From positions 1 to 21,952 of the forward strand of contig JAHQWJ010000118.1 of assembly GCA_029856125.1 (NCBI GenBank): a stretch of 21,952 nt of DNA, written 5' to 3'. Source of the stretch: Promethearchaeia archaeon (GTDB taxonomy: Archaea > Asgardarchaeota > Lokiarchaeia > Sigyniarchaeales > SOKP01). The notes under the pieces are model-generated. The model saw nothing but the letters and a program-made list of their open reading frames with translations. It was not told the DNA's origin and did no database searches. Positions 1 to 9,427 of this stretch are shown here, piece after piece (the first letter of the stretch is position 1; every line of letters begins with the position of its first letter). The position numbers and the translations under genes are program-made.

Positions 1-2
1 TT

Positions 3-368
3 AGTTCCATTGCCCAATTCGCAGCAATTGACATTTTAAAAACTTCAAGTAGCCATACCATTGATATGGTTAGAAAACTTAAAGAAAGACGCGATTATTC
101 CTATAATAGACTGAGTAAAATTGAAGGAATTACATGCGTTAAGCCTAATGGTGCTTTTTATCTTTTCCCTAAACTAGATTTAGAAGAATTAAAGAAATGG
201 AAAGATGATAAAGAATTAGTTGTTGATTTACTTAAAGAAACCGGAGTTTGTTTGGTCTATGGTTCAGGTTTTGGTGATTATGGAAAAGGACATATGAGAT
301 TAACCTTCTTACCGGAAAAAAAAATACTTGAAGAAGTATATAACTTAATTGAGGAGTTCTTAAAGTAA
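3..368 (+). CDS. Class I/II PLP-dependent aminotransferase, C-terminal part (truncated by the left window edge)
   Basis: The frame is open from position 3, so the ATG at 66 is internal. It has the C-terminal motifs PNGAFYLF, GVCLVYGSGFG and the conserved substrate-binding Arg in GHMRLTF. Confidence 0.85.
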   Translation, partial: SSIAQFAAIDILKTSSSHTIDMVRKLKERRDYSYNRLSKIEGITCVKPNGAFYLFPKLDLEELKKWKDDKELVVDLLKETGVCLVYGSGFGDYGKGHMRLTFLPEKKILEEVYNLIEEFLK

Positions 369-400
369 TCGACAGAACTAAGTGAAATCATAAACCGTTG

Positions 401-410
401 TTTTTTTCTT
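401..410 (+). terminator. Oligo-T archaeal terminator candidate after the aminotransferase
   Basis: TTTTTTTCTT about 30 nt after the stop codon. Confidence 0.35.
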
Positions 411-560
411 TATATTAGCCAAATAATAGTAATTTTAAAAACTATTAAATTTCTAAAGTCCATGAGATTTATAAAATGTAAAAACTATTAACTTTAAAAG
501 AACAAAAAACCTTTTAGCTATAAAATGAAGTAGTGATCACTGAAAAAAGAGTCAAATATC

Positions 561-2303
561 ATGATAATTAGAATAAATTCTGTTGAAAGTACTATTGAAA
601 TTTTTTACAAGGACTACATCCATCTTCATGGTTTTTTAAAATTGAATGCTGAGGATCATAGTAATAATAAGCTATATACCATAATAGTTCAGGTCCTTAG
701 CGAACAAACAATATCAGACTACATATTTACGCGCCAAAAATTAAGAAATGTTAAAATGACAGAATACATTGAAGCAGAATTAGAATCAGAACTACAATAT
801 GTTATTCAAGGCCGTCCCATCCTCTGCATAGAAAATGATAAGAATACAAAAGAAGTAAAGAGTCATGTAACCAACGTATTCTTTTTAATTGAAGATTTGA
901 TGGAAAATAGAACACTCCAACCTCATTTAATGAAAATTTCAGAGGATCAAAGCGACATCCATGAAGATTTGAGATACATTTTCCCTCCTGATGGAATCTT
1001 TATGGGTAATTTAGCATCTGAAAAAAAAGTAGAGGTCTATTTTCCCTTCAAATATTTAATGTACCATTTTTTTATTGCAGGTGCTACAGGAATGGGGAAA
1101 TCAAATTTAAACCAAGTTTTTATAGACGGTTTGCTACAACATAACGCTCAGATAATTCTCGGAGAGAAAGGGACTAAAATCTCCATGCTCGCTATTGACA
1201 TGCATGATGAGTATGCTTTGGGATGTATTAAATATGGAGTTAATGATATATGTAAAACTTCAGGGTACAACAAAGATCTATTTGGTTCTTGGTTTTACCT
1301 CTATCCCAATAAAGGAATACCACCAGCAGAATTAAAGAGCCTAGCAACTCCTTGTCTAGTAAATTATCAAGAGATAACACCAGAAGACCTTTTTACTACA
1401 GGTTCTTTTAACGATCTTCAAGCTGGAGCTATTTATTCAGCATATAGGAGTGATCAAGAAAATTACATCGAAAATTTATTAACTGATGGTTATCGTCCTC
1501 CAGGAGGGCATGATGAAAAAACTATGGCTGCGATAAGACGAAGAATGCACTGGTTGGAGTATTCTGATATGTTTCAATCTAGTGTCGCAAGCAAACTTCC
1601 AGAAATCGTGCTCAAGTTGGAAAAAGGGAATGTAATTATTTTCAATGCGTCAATGATATCCGATTTAGAACAATTCCTTTTTAATAGCATCTTGGCTAGA
1701 ACATTATTTGATATACGTAAATCGCTAAAATCATCTTCGGATATTGTTACTCTTGAAAAAAAGCTAATCCAGAATTTGCCCAAAAACTTTTATGAAAATT
1801 ATAAAGCTAATTTGAAAAATGTGTATATTAAAACCGGAACAACAGTTAAAGATCCATCAGAATTACCAATTATTATCTTTACAATAGAAGAAGCTCCAAG
1901 TATCTTACGACCTGAAATGATGAGACATAATAATGTATTTAAAGATATTTCGCGCCAAGGAAGAAAATTTAATCTAGGATTAGAAGTGATTTCACAGCAG
2001 TATTCACCCATAGATGAGAGCATTTTATCTAATATGAATACCGTAATTAATTTACCCTTACGATCAGAAAAAGAAAAAGCTGTTGCAGCCCAAATGCTTG
2101 GAGGAGGCATTCAACGTAGCGATTTAGAATCCTTAACAGGGACTAGGGGGATAGCGTTAATTTCGGGAATTTGGCTTACTAATTTTCAAAAATTAAAAAT
2201 TCCTCTGTATGATGAATACTTTGAACAATACTCTAAAAGGTTTTATGAAAATTTTGCAAAAAAAGTCGCGTCTTCAGCACCCCCACCTACTTCACTTCCA
2301 TAA
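561..2303 (+). CDS. herA: HerA helicase/translocase (FtsK-HerA ATPase)
   Basis: Walker A GATGMGKS, IDMHDEY (DxHGEY-like), Walker B IFTIEEAP, arginine finger RQGRKF, ISQQ sensor. It lies directly upstream of nurA, mre11 and rad50. Confidence 0.88.
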   Translation: MIIRINSVESTIEIFYKDYIHLHGFLKLNAEDHSNNKLYTIIVQVLSEQTISDYIFTRQKLRNVKMTEYIEAELESELQYVIQGRPILCIENDKNTKEVKSHVTNVFFLIEDLMENRTLQPHLMKISEDQSDIHEDLRYIFPPDGIFMGNLASEKKVEVYFPFKYLMYHFFIAGATGMGKSNLNQVFIDGLLQHNAQIILGEKGTKISMLAIDMHDEYALGCIKYGVNDICKTSGYNKDLFGSWFYLYPNKGIPPAELKSLATPCLVNYQEITPEDLFTTGSFNDLQAGAIYSAYRSDQENYIENLLTDGYRPPGGHDEKTMAAIRRRMHWLEYSDMFQSSVASKLPEIVLKLEKGNVIIFNASMISDLEQFLFNSILARTLFDIRKSLKSSSDIVTLEKKLIQNLPKNFYENYKANLKNVYIKTGTTVKDPSELPIIIFTIEEAPSILRPEMMRHNNVFKDISRQGRKFNLGLEVISQQYSPIDESILSNMNTVINLPLRSEKEKAVAAQMLGGGIQRSDLESLTGTRGIALISGIWLTNFQKLKIPLYDEYFEQYSKRFYENFAKKVASSAPPPTSLP

Positions 2304-2324
2304 CGATTAGATATAAAAAAACTA

Positions 2325-2330
2325 AGGTGA
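2325..2330 (+). promoter_or_regulatory. Shine-Dalgarno AGGTGA for nurA
   Basis: AGGTGA followed by AAAAAA and an in-frame ATA at 2337. Confidence 0.6.
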
Positions 2331-2336
2331 AAAAAA

Positions 2337-3536
2337 ATATCTTTTAATTTCGAATTAATCTCACTTGAAAAGTCATTTGAAAAAAGACCTGAAATATCTA
2401 TTGACGATGACGTTCAAAAATTTAAAGAATATATTCAAGAAAGAAGAGCTAAGTGGACTGAAGAGGAGAAGATCGAGCTCGAGACTGATAAATTTGACAA
2501 TGATGAGAGTTTAATAAACACTAATTTACTCTTTAGTGAAATGCCACATCTCGCAGTTGGGAAGGAGTCTATGAATTATGTACGCGATAATTACAAAATC
2601 ATAGGTTTTGATGAGAGCTCAAATACTTTTACTGGAACTTATGCAAAATTGGCTTCATTTAAATTTGGAGAATGCCATCTCACATTTAAGAATGGAGAAT
2701 ATCAAAAAGAAAAAATAATGTATAAACCTATTACTACATATATCGAAGATAACGAGCATAAACTTATTATTTATAAAACAGTAATCGAAAATTTTGTAAA
2801 AACCATTAAACGAAACTTCTATGTAGGTAGTTTAAAAGATAAAGTTGATAAATTAGAAGACTGGTTCGATTCAACTTATAAAAAAAAAATAGATGATCAC
2901 ATTAACTCTCACGCTTTCTATTATCCAACATTAGGACATGTTGTAGATAGAATAAGAACAGCTGATGAGATACTAAAATCACTAATTAGAATTAAGGAAA
3001 TAAGCAACTGGGGCAAAAACGAAAATGTCGTCTTCCTTGGAGATGGAATTCAAATGTTTCGCCAGCACATTTTTCCTCCAACCGCTTTTACTGAATTTTT
3101 TTACAGATTTATTCAGTTATACAAGATAAAATACTATAGTTTTTCAAAGACATGCCGATTAAGAGATGCTCAGGGCAATTTTTTGCTGCCAATTTGGTCA
3201 GAAATATATAAAAATAAGAACTTTCTTGTGGATATGCCAGATCTTTCAATGTACACAAAAAGTAGAGCATACTTAACAAGACTGCAACAGGATAGTTCTG
3301 CTTTGAGGTTTGACATTTGCGACGATTTAGACACGAAGGATGCTCTATATATTATCAAAAATCTAATTCCGTTTGCCCCACGTGGATACCCCCTTTGTCT
3401 TATAGGAGCTCATGAAGCAAGTACTTTATTAGCCTCGGAATTTAATAAGCTAGAAGCTTCGTTCTTAGAATTACAATACGACCCCAAAACAAAAAAATAT
3501 GCCTCAAAATGGAGACACAAAGTATTAGGGGTATAA
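2337..3536 (+). CDS. nurA: NurA nuclease (divergent); proposed ATA start, 399 aa (the ORF track starts at ATG 2541)
   Basis: Motif I IIGFDESS, motif II VFLGDG, and the C-terminal NurA signature GYPLCLIGAHEAS. It sits between herA and mre11. The frame is open for 68 codons upstream of ATG 2541, back to the ATA next to the SD. Confidence 0.8.
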   Translation: MSFNFELISLEKSFEKRPEISIDDDVQKFKEYIQERRAKWTEEEKIELETDKFDNDESLINTNLLFSEMPHLAVGKESMNYVRDNYKIIGFDESSNTFTGTYAKLASFKFGECHLTFKNGEYQKEKIMYKPITTYIEDNEHKLIIYKTVIENFVKTIKRNFYVGSLKDKVDKLEDWFDSTYKKKIDDHINSHAFYYPTLGHVVDRIRTADEILKSLIRIKEISNWGKNENVVFLGDGIQMFRQHIFPPTAFTEFFYRFIQLYKIKYYSFSKTCRLRDAQGNFLLPIWSEIYKNKNFLVDMPDLSMYTKSRAYLTRLQQDSSALRFDICDDLDTKDALYIIKNLIPFAPRGYPLCLIGAHEASTLLASEFNKLEASFLELQYDPKTKKYASKWRHKVLGV

Positions 3537-3576
3537 AGTTCATTTATTTTACATGAAAAAAAGATAAGGACTGCAT

Positions 3577-4887
3577 ATGGTAAAAATTGTACAAATATCA
3601 GATTCTCATTTAGGTTATCGAACGAGAAGAGGTGTTACAAACAAATGGGCAATTCAAAACTACTCAAAACCTTACGAACAAGAAATCTACGATTTATTTT
3701 TAAAAGTCATGACAGACATCTCCCTAATCAAGAATTTAGATTTTGTTGTTCATTGTGGCGATATGTTTCACCATCCATCTAAATACAGCTCGTATCCTCC
3801 ACCAGAACCTGCGAGGAGAGCATTTAAGGAAGGTTTAGATATCTTCTTTAATAACACAAGCAATCAAATTCCTTTCATTTATGTTGAAGGGAATCACGGA
3901 ATCTTCAGAGGATATGAATACACACCATTTGAATCACACATTCAAGTCGAAAGATATTCAAATCTTCATTATTATAAACAAAGAGACCTACTGACAGCGA
4001 TCAAAAATAATGAACCATTAAAGTTGGATTTTCCAGCAAAAAAAGTGCGCTTCTATTTATTTCCCTATTTTGAATTTCAAGATTACGAAGTCTATGAAGC
4101 GGCTTATGATAATTGGGTAGAAAATCAACATCCTATTGGAAACGAGGGAAATACTAATATAGCAGTTGCACATGGCTCCGCTGGTGATTACACTTTACAT
4201 CGGAAAATTAGTTCTAATGATTTTGATTACGACTACGTCGCTTTAGGGCACGAACATGGATTAAAAAAATTATCAAAAAATCATTATTACTCCGGAAGCT
4301 TGCTTCCAATGAATTTTAAAGAAATTAATGAAAAACAAGGTTATCTAATAATAGATATCGACAAAAAAGCTAAAATCGTAAATATTGAAGAAATCTCTAC
4401 AAGTAAGTTACTCAAAAGAACTTTTGAAATTATCCCAATTCATCCTAGCCCTCAACACACATCCGCTGATTTAGAAGCTCTCATCAGCAAAGAATTGAAT
4501 CGGTTCATCTCGGACGATGGGTTCGATCCTAAAACTGCTGCGAGATTAAAATTCAATTTTATGGGAGAAGTAACAATAGAAAAAAATTGGCAAATAAACG
4601 ATATGATGTCAAGAATCCGAAGAGATTGCTTTTCTCAACCAGATAAATTTAATATCCTGCAGATAATTTGGAAGATTATTGATATATCTGAATCTTTTGA
4701 AGATGATATAAGTCCGGGAATAATTCAAGACTATATATTAGAACATCCGGATGAAGAATTTAAAACTTTTGTGTCAGAGAAATTAACTGAAGATCAATCC
4801 CATTTCAATGTGGATAAACTTAGCCAATTGGGGATGAGAGCTCTTAAAAATGCATTAAAAGACATGGAAAAGGAGAAGGAGGTATGA
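3577..4887 (+). CDS. mre11: Mre11/SbcD DNA repair nuclease (calcineurin-like metallophosphoesterase)
   Basis: Motifs SDSHLG, CGDMFH, GNH(G), VAHG, YVALGHEH and YSGSL. It ends 3 nt before rad50. Confidence 0.92.
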   Translation: MVKIVQISDSHLGYRTRRGVTNKWAIQNYSKPYEQEIYDLFLKVMTDISLIKNLDFVVHCGDMFHHPSKYSSYPPPEPARRAFKEGLDIFFNNTSNQIPFIYVEGNHGIFRGYEYTPFESHIQVERYSNLHYYKQRDLLTAIKNNEPLKLDFPAKKVRFYLFPYFEFQDYEVYEAAYDNWVENQHPIGNEGNTNIAVAHGSAGDYTLHRKISSNDFDYDYVALGHEHGLKKLSKNHYYSGSLLPMNFKEINEKQGYLIIDIDKKAKIVNIEEISTSKLLKRTFEIIPIHPSPQHTSADLEALISKELNRFISDDGFDPKTAARLKFNFMGEVTIEKNWQINDMMSRIRRDCFSQPDKFNILQIIWKIIDISESFEDDISPGIIQDYILEHPDEEFKTFVSEKLTEDQSHFNVDKLSQLGMRALKNALKDMEKEKEV

Positions 4888-4890
4888 AAA

Positions 4891-6993
4891 ATGCATATTA
4901 CGAATCTCACTTTTAAAAACTTCATGGGATATAAAAAATTAACTCTTCCAAAAAACATGAAAGAATTTCCAAAAGGATTAATATTAATTAGTGGAAAGAA
5001 CTCTTACGGTAAATCTACTATTCTGGAAGGGGTTTTGTTCGCTTTTTTCGGACCTAAAATATTTCGCGGAAGAAAAGCAGCCTCCTTTATCGCATATGGA
5101 GAAGAAAAAGCCGAACTAACTATTTATTTTACTATTGATAACATAAAATATAATATTTATCGTAAATGGGGTAGAAGTGGAGCCACTACTACGAAATTGT
5201 TTGAATGGGTTAAAACTTCTTTTCGTGAAATTAAGAACTTTAATATTGAAAACTTTTTCGAAATTTCTACAGAGCAAGCTTTAAATACAGTATTCGTAAG
5301 ACAAGGAGAAGTGGAAGAGTTAGCAAATAAAAAAGGTGCTGAGCTAAGGGAAATGATAATTGATCTTTTCAGACTCAATATAATCGATGATGCGCTCGCT
5401 TTCCTTGATAGAGAATCTAAAAATGCTAAATTTAATAAAGAAAATTTAGAAAGGAAAAGAGTTCCAATAGACCGGATCAAAAAGGATATCACTGGCGTAG
5501 AACTCGAAAATGTAAAATTGGAGAAAAAATTTGCTGATAATAATAAGGCAAAAAAAGACCATGAACAACAAATTTCTGATTTTCCATCAGACGACTTGAT
5601 TTTGAATTTAGGAAGCCTGTATGACCAGCAAAAAATACTTGAAGAAAATTCTCTCTCTTACAAAAACGATTTTCAACGAAAAATCAAAAATACTAATTTA
5701 AATATCAAAGATTTTGAACCCATCTCCAAGATTAATGAAAAAATATCGCTTTTAATTAACGAAGAAAACGATATCAAATCACTAAAAGTAACCTTTGATA
5801 AAAGAAGAGAAGTAACTTATAAAGGTTTAGGGAAAACTAAAGGCAGAATTGATGATAGCAAAAAAAAAATAAAGAAGATGGAAGATAGCTTACTTTTTAC
5901 GACGAACGAGAATAATGCAGAAGTAGCACAATGCCCTACTTGCCAAAATGAACTTACAAAAGAGCATTATAACGAAATGGTTAATGAATTTAACAAAGAA
6001 ATTGAGGTCAGTCAAGAAAAAGTTAAATCTATTACGAAAATTATTGGAAATCTGGATTTAGAAATAAATGAAAAACAAAATAAACTTGATTATGTTAAAA
6101 AACAGATTACTGTGATTCAAGGATTAAGGAACGATTATCAGAATTACCAACAAAAAGCATTAGATTTTGATAAGGCTAAGGAAAGAACTGATGTTTTTCT
6201 AGCAGAACACAAGTCTAAATTTGCTGATATAAACCCTGCCAACATAAAAATGCTTTCTATTGAGAAAAAAAAGCTCAGTACTGAACTAACCGCCATTATT
6301 AAAGAATTAAAGGAAAATCAAAAGAAAATCGAAGGAAATCTTAATAGGATTGTGGATTTGCGGAGTGAAGTTAAGCAAATGAAGAAATTGGAAGAGGAGA
6401 TTGGAGAATTCGAAATTGACCTTGATCACATTAGTAAAGCAAAAGAATTAGTTAGGAGGTTTGTTACCGAATATATGGTTGTGAAGCGCTTAGTAAAAAA
6501 TATTGCTTTAACAACTAACAAATATATTAAAGATTTTACTTCAGGTCAATATAGCGATTTAACTATTGACTTGTCCGGAACAAAAAAGACAGGATTGTCG
6601 CTAAAAATCATGGATAATTTCAATGGCGTTCTCGAATCAATAGAAGTTCTCTCTGGAGGAGATAAAACTGCTTTAGGAATTGCCTTACGATTTGCTATTT
6701 CCGAATTAATGAGTAAAATACGCCCCACAAAAGAATCACCAAAAAAAAATCCTAAAATTGATATTCTTCTTTTAGATGAGCCGTTAGCAGCGCTTGATGA
6801 AACTCGAAGAGAAAGAATACTCAAGCATTTGATAAAATCAAAAACATTTTCACAAATTTTCTTAATTACTCACACATCTATCCCAGCAGATATTAATACG
6901 CATAAAATAATCGTAAGTAAAGACCATACAACAGGAATAAGCACGGCAGTATTTAAACTTGAGAAAATAGCGATAGACACATTATTGAACTAA
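4891..6993 (+). CDS. rad50: Rad50/SbcC ABC-ATPase
   Basis: Walker A GKNSYGKST, Q-loop FVRQGE, central zinc hook CPTC within coiled coils, signature LSGGD, Walker B/D-loop LLLDEPLAALD, H-loop ITH. SD GGAGGT upstream. Confidence 0.94.
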   Translation: MHITNLTFKNFMGYKKLTLPKNMKEFPKGLILISGKNSYGKSTILEGVLFAFFGPKIFRGRKAASFIAYGEEKAELTIYFTIDNIKYNIYRKWGRSGATTTKLFEWVKTSFREIKNFNIENFFEISTEQALNTVFVRQGEVEELANKKGAELREMIIDLFRLNIIDDALAFLDRESKNAKFNKENLERKRVPIDRIKKDITGVELENVKLEKKFADNNKAKKDHEQQISDFPSDDLILNLGSLYDQQKILEENSLSYKNDFQRKIKNTNLNIKDFEPISKINEKISLLINEENDIKSLKVTFDKRREVTYKGLGKTKGRIDDSKKKIKKMEDSLLFTTNENNAEVAQCPTCQNELTKEHYNEMVNEFNKEIEVSQEKVKSITKIIGNLDLEINEKQNKLDYVKKQITVIQGLRNDYQNYQQKALDFDKAKERTDVFLAEHKSKFADINPANIKMLSIEKKKLSTELTAIIKELKENQKKIEGNLNRIVDLRSEVKQMKKLEEEIGEFEIDLDHISKAKELVRRFVTEYMVVKRLVKNIALTTNKYIKDFTSGQYSDLTIDLSGTKKTGLSLKIMDNFNGVLESIEVLSGGDKTALGIALRFAISELMSKIRPTKESPKKNPKIDILLLDEPLAALDETRRERILKHLIKSKTFSQIFLITHTSIPADINTHKIIVSKDHTTGISTAVFKLEKIAIDTLLN

Positions 6994-7030
6994 TAGAATC
7001 CTATTCTGAGCTCAAGAAAATTAGATAAAT

Positions 7031-7046
7031 AATAAAAAAAAGAAAG
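7031..7046 (-). terminator. Oligo-T terminator candidate for the histone gene
   Basis: The minus strand reads CTTTCTTTTTTTTATT shortly after the stop codon. Confidence 0.4.
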
Positions 7047-7068
7047 ATAGTTTATATTATAAGTTTGC

Positions 7069-7257
7069 TTACAAATCTCGCGCTTTTACGGTTTTACGAC
7101 CGTTCGCTTTAGAGCGTTTACAAGCTTTATCAAGAATCGCAACTATCAAATTATTCAGCGTATCACCATCAAGTACACCCGAGGATGTATTGAGGTTATT
7201 GGCTTTTATGTGCTCTCGAACTTTAGATTTTACAAATAAAGTGTCAACCTTTGCCAT
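7069..7257 (-). CDS. Short histone-fold protein, face-to-face / DUF1931-like type (62 aa)
   Basis: N-terminal LFVKSKVREHIK and C-terminal KACKRSKANGRKTVKARDL with the RxTxxxxD L2 motif. The protein ends right after RDL, so helix 3 is truncated. SD GAGGA upstream. Confidence 0.85.
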   Translation of the reverse strand: MAKVDTLFVKSKVREHIKANNLNTSSGVLDGDTLNNLIVAILDKACKRSKANGRKTVKARDL

Positions 7258-7587
7258 TATTTTTTCTTCCTCTTCTTATACTTTAATTAAATTTTAGTAA
7301 AGTCCTAAAAAATCGGATTAAAATTGATTTTTTATTAATATAAAGTATTTTTTTTAGAGTTTTTAAATGTTTTGACATTCCTTAATAATTCTCCAAATTC
7401 TATCATCCTTTGACCTCATTGAATCATAAAATAAGAGTTTATATTAGATTCTAAAATTACTATTGGAGGATTAAATTCAATGTTCTTAACCAACTAAATT
7501 AATTCATGAAAAAATTAATGTAAAATTAATAAAAAAAAGAGAGTTTTTTTGTTTTAACGAAGTGAGTCTTGAATATAAACCCACTAT

Positions 7588-7902
7588 TTACTTTGGTGGA
7601 GCAAGTACAATTTCAATGCTAGAAACATTGTTTGATTGGCCATTCTCTCCTTCTAATTGTTCTGTGGAGAGCCTGATGTCTTTGTATTCAGTTCCTTTTA
7701 AGAATCTGTTTCTTAAAATTTCGCACACATCAACTGCGTGGGAAATAGCTCTACCTCTGGCCTTAACGGTACAATCTTCACCCGTATTAAGGATCATCAT
7801 TGTTGCCATTACATAATTCATGGTAGGGCGTCGTCCGACAAAAACACTGTTTACTTCTTTTGACCGATGTTTTTCTTTTGGTTTATCTGCATCTTCTGGC
7901 AT
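7588..7902 (-). CDS. albA: DNA/RNA-binding chromatin protein Alba
   Basis: VFVGRRPTMNYVMA, VKARGRAISHAVDVCEILRNRF and NVSSIEIVL are Alba signature segments. SD GAGGT 7 nt before the ATG. Confidence 0.95.
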   Translation of the reverse strand: MPEDADKPKEKHRSKEVNSVFVGRRPTMNYVMATMMILNTGEDCTVKARGRAISHAVDVCEILRNRFLKGTEYKDIRLSTEQLEGENGQSNNVSSIEIVLAPPK

Positions 7903-8162
7903 GTTATTTACCTCTATGTTTTATTTTGTATTGTTTTAATTTTGTATTTTTTGTATACTGTGTTAATGTTCTCTCGTAAGATTTTTATTACGAATTTTTA
8001 TTACATCTTTTTAAAATATTTTTTTTCATAAAAATCTTATTATCTTATTAATATATAGTCATTTGAAAAATATCATCTCTAATCTTACTTCTAACAACTG
8101 AATTTTCAGAGTCTTAATAATACGACCAGTGCTGAGGCGTAACATTAGTCAATAAAGAATTT

Positions 8163-8174
8163 AAAAAAAAAAAA
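8163..8174 (-). terminator. T12 terminator candidate
   Basis: Run of 12 T on the minus strand 11 nt after the stop codon of the 8186..8413 gene. Confidence 0.5.
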
Positions 8175-8185
8175 GTTGATTTTAA

Positions 8186-8413
8186 TTATAAACCTTTTAC
8201 TCTTACTCCTAGAAACATTAAAAACCAAGCGAGAAAAACTAATCCCATTCCAATAATACCCCAAGTTTCTGTGGAACTGAAAGTTCCTAAAGCTAACACT
8301 GGTAGAATGCCGCCAGCAATCGCAAAGAAGAGTTCAATTAATATGAACAATCCTCCTGCTAAGAGTAAAAAGCTAAAGATTACCGTAAATTTCGTAGGTG
8401 GTGTCCATGCCAT
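8186..8413 (-). CDS. Small two-TM membrane protein of unknown function
   Basis: Two hydrophobic segments, a basic C-terminus (GVRVKGL) and a poly-T tract downstream. Confidence 0.75.
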   Translation of the reverse strand: MAWTPPTKFTVIFSFLLLAGGLFILIELFFAIAGGILPVLALGTFSSTETWGIIGMGLVFLAWFLMFLGVRVKGL

Positions 8414-8569
8414 TTATATCATCCAATATCAAAATTTTATTGTTGATTACTAATAACTTTGTAACAATATTAAAGTTTAATTTATAAAACAGAAATGTGA
8501 GATTTCGGTTTAAAGATATTAATAATTCCAAGTTAAAAATAAGAGTGTTTTTTCCACTTTCCTTATTTA

Positions 8570-9199
8570 TTAACGCTCTTCTTCTGTATTTTCAAGCTCG
8601 TCTTTATTTTTTTCATCCTGAGCATCGTCATCGTCATCGCCTTTATATATATCTCTCACTATACTGATAATAAGAAGCGCCGATATAACGATTAATAAAG
8701 GGATTAATAAGCCAGAATCTGTTAGGAATATTTTCACCCAACCTATATAGGGAATACCACCCACTACAACACCGATAACACGAGATTCTGGAACTGAGGC
8801 TGCGTCAGGAATCGAATTCGCGTCACCTTTAGTTCTGAAGTACCATGTGTCGCCGTCTAGGTATTTATCAATCACTCGGTGGACTATCGGTTCGAGTGGA
8901 GCAGTGGGCCACAATCCCTGAGCGTTGAAAACAATTATATCTCCATCTTTATCTATTATTGTTCCGTTTTTTATAGTTTCTGGTTCGCGTCCCATCACAA
9001 ACAGCAAGTCACCTTTATGTATTTGAGGTTCCATTGAGCCACTGACTACGACTACTATGGGGGTTTCTGTGTTGAATGAAATTTGAAGGATAAAATATAC
9101 TAAGAAAGATCCAAAGAACGCAACGCTAATCATTACAACAGCAATGATAATTTTCTTTCTAGAAACGGGCTTTTTTTCTTTCTCTGTGGTGTTCTTCAT
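8570..9199 (-). CDS. sec11: Signal peptidase I, archaeal/ER Sec11 type (peptidase S26B)
   Basis: N-terminal TM, catalytic Ser box VSGSMEP..GD, His box IVHRV, TKGDAN, IPYIGW, C-terminal TM and acidic tail. Confidence 0.92.
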   Translation of the reverse strand: MKNTTEKEKKPVSRKKIIIAVVMISVAFFGSFLVYFILQISFNTETPIVVVVSGSMEPQIHKGDLLFVMGREPETIKNGTIIDKDGDIIVFNAQGLWPTAPLEPIVHRVIDKYLDGDTWYFRTKGDANSIPDAASVPESRVIGVVVGGIPYIGWVKIFLTDSGLLIPLLIVISALLIISIVRDIYKGDDDDDAQDEKNKDELENTEEER

Positions 9200-9393
9200 T
9201 TTTTGTTATATTTTTGACATTTCCTCTTTTTCTTGTCTAATTAAATAAAGATGTTAATATAAATTTTGTTCTAAGTCCATCAAAGATTTAGCATATTCTG
9301 ATAAAAGAAGGTGTCTACAGTTGAATATTTAAATACCAGTCCCTTTTGAGATAGTATTTTAAATCATAAAATCTTAATCTAGAATTATTGATT

Positions 9394-9427
9394 TGATGAG
9401 GTCATCCTATTTATCGTGATCTCATCA
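9394..9427. promoter_or_regulatory. 11-bp inverted repeat/hairpin just upstream of the SD of the 9445 gene
   Basis: TGATGAGGTCA-N12-TGATCTCATCA with one G-U pair, followed by GGGTGAGGT. Confidence 0.45.

Noticed and set aside
1574-6824. Antisense ORFs at 1574, 1799, 3170, 5157 and 6546
   Set aside because: They lie entirely opposite well-supported repair genes and have no motifs; shadow ORFs.
9206-9220. Mini-ORF MSKI* upstream of and in frame with sec11
   Set aside because: The ATG is only 1 nt from the GAGGA, which is too close for SD-led initiation. It is compatible with chance.
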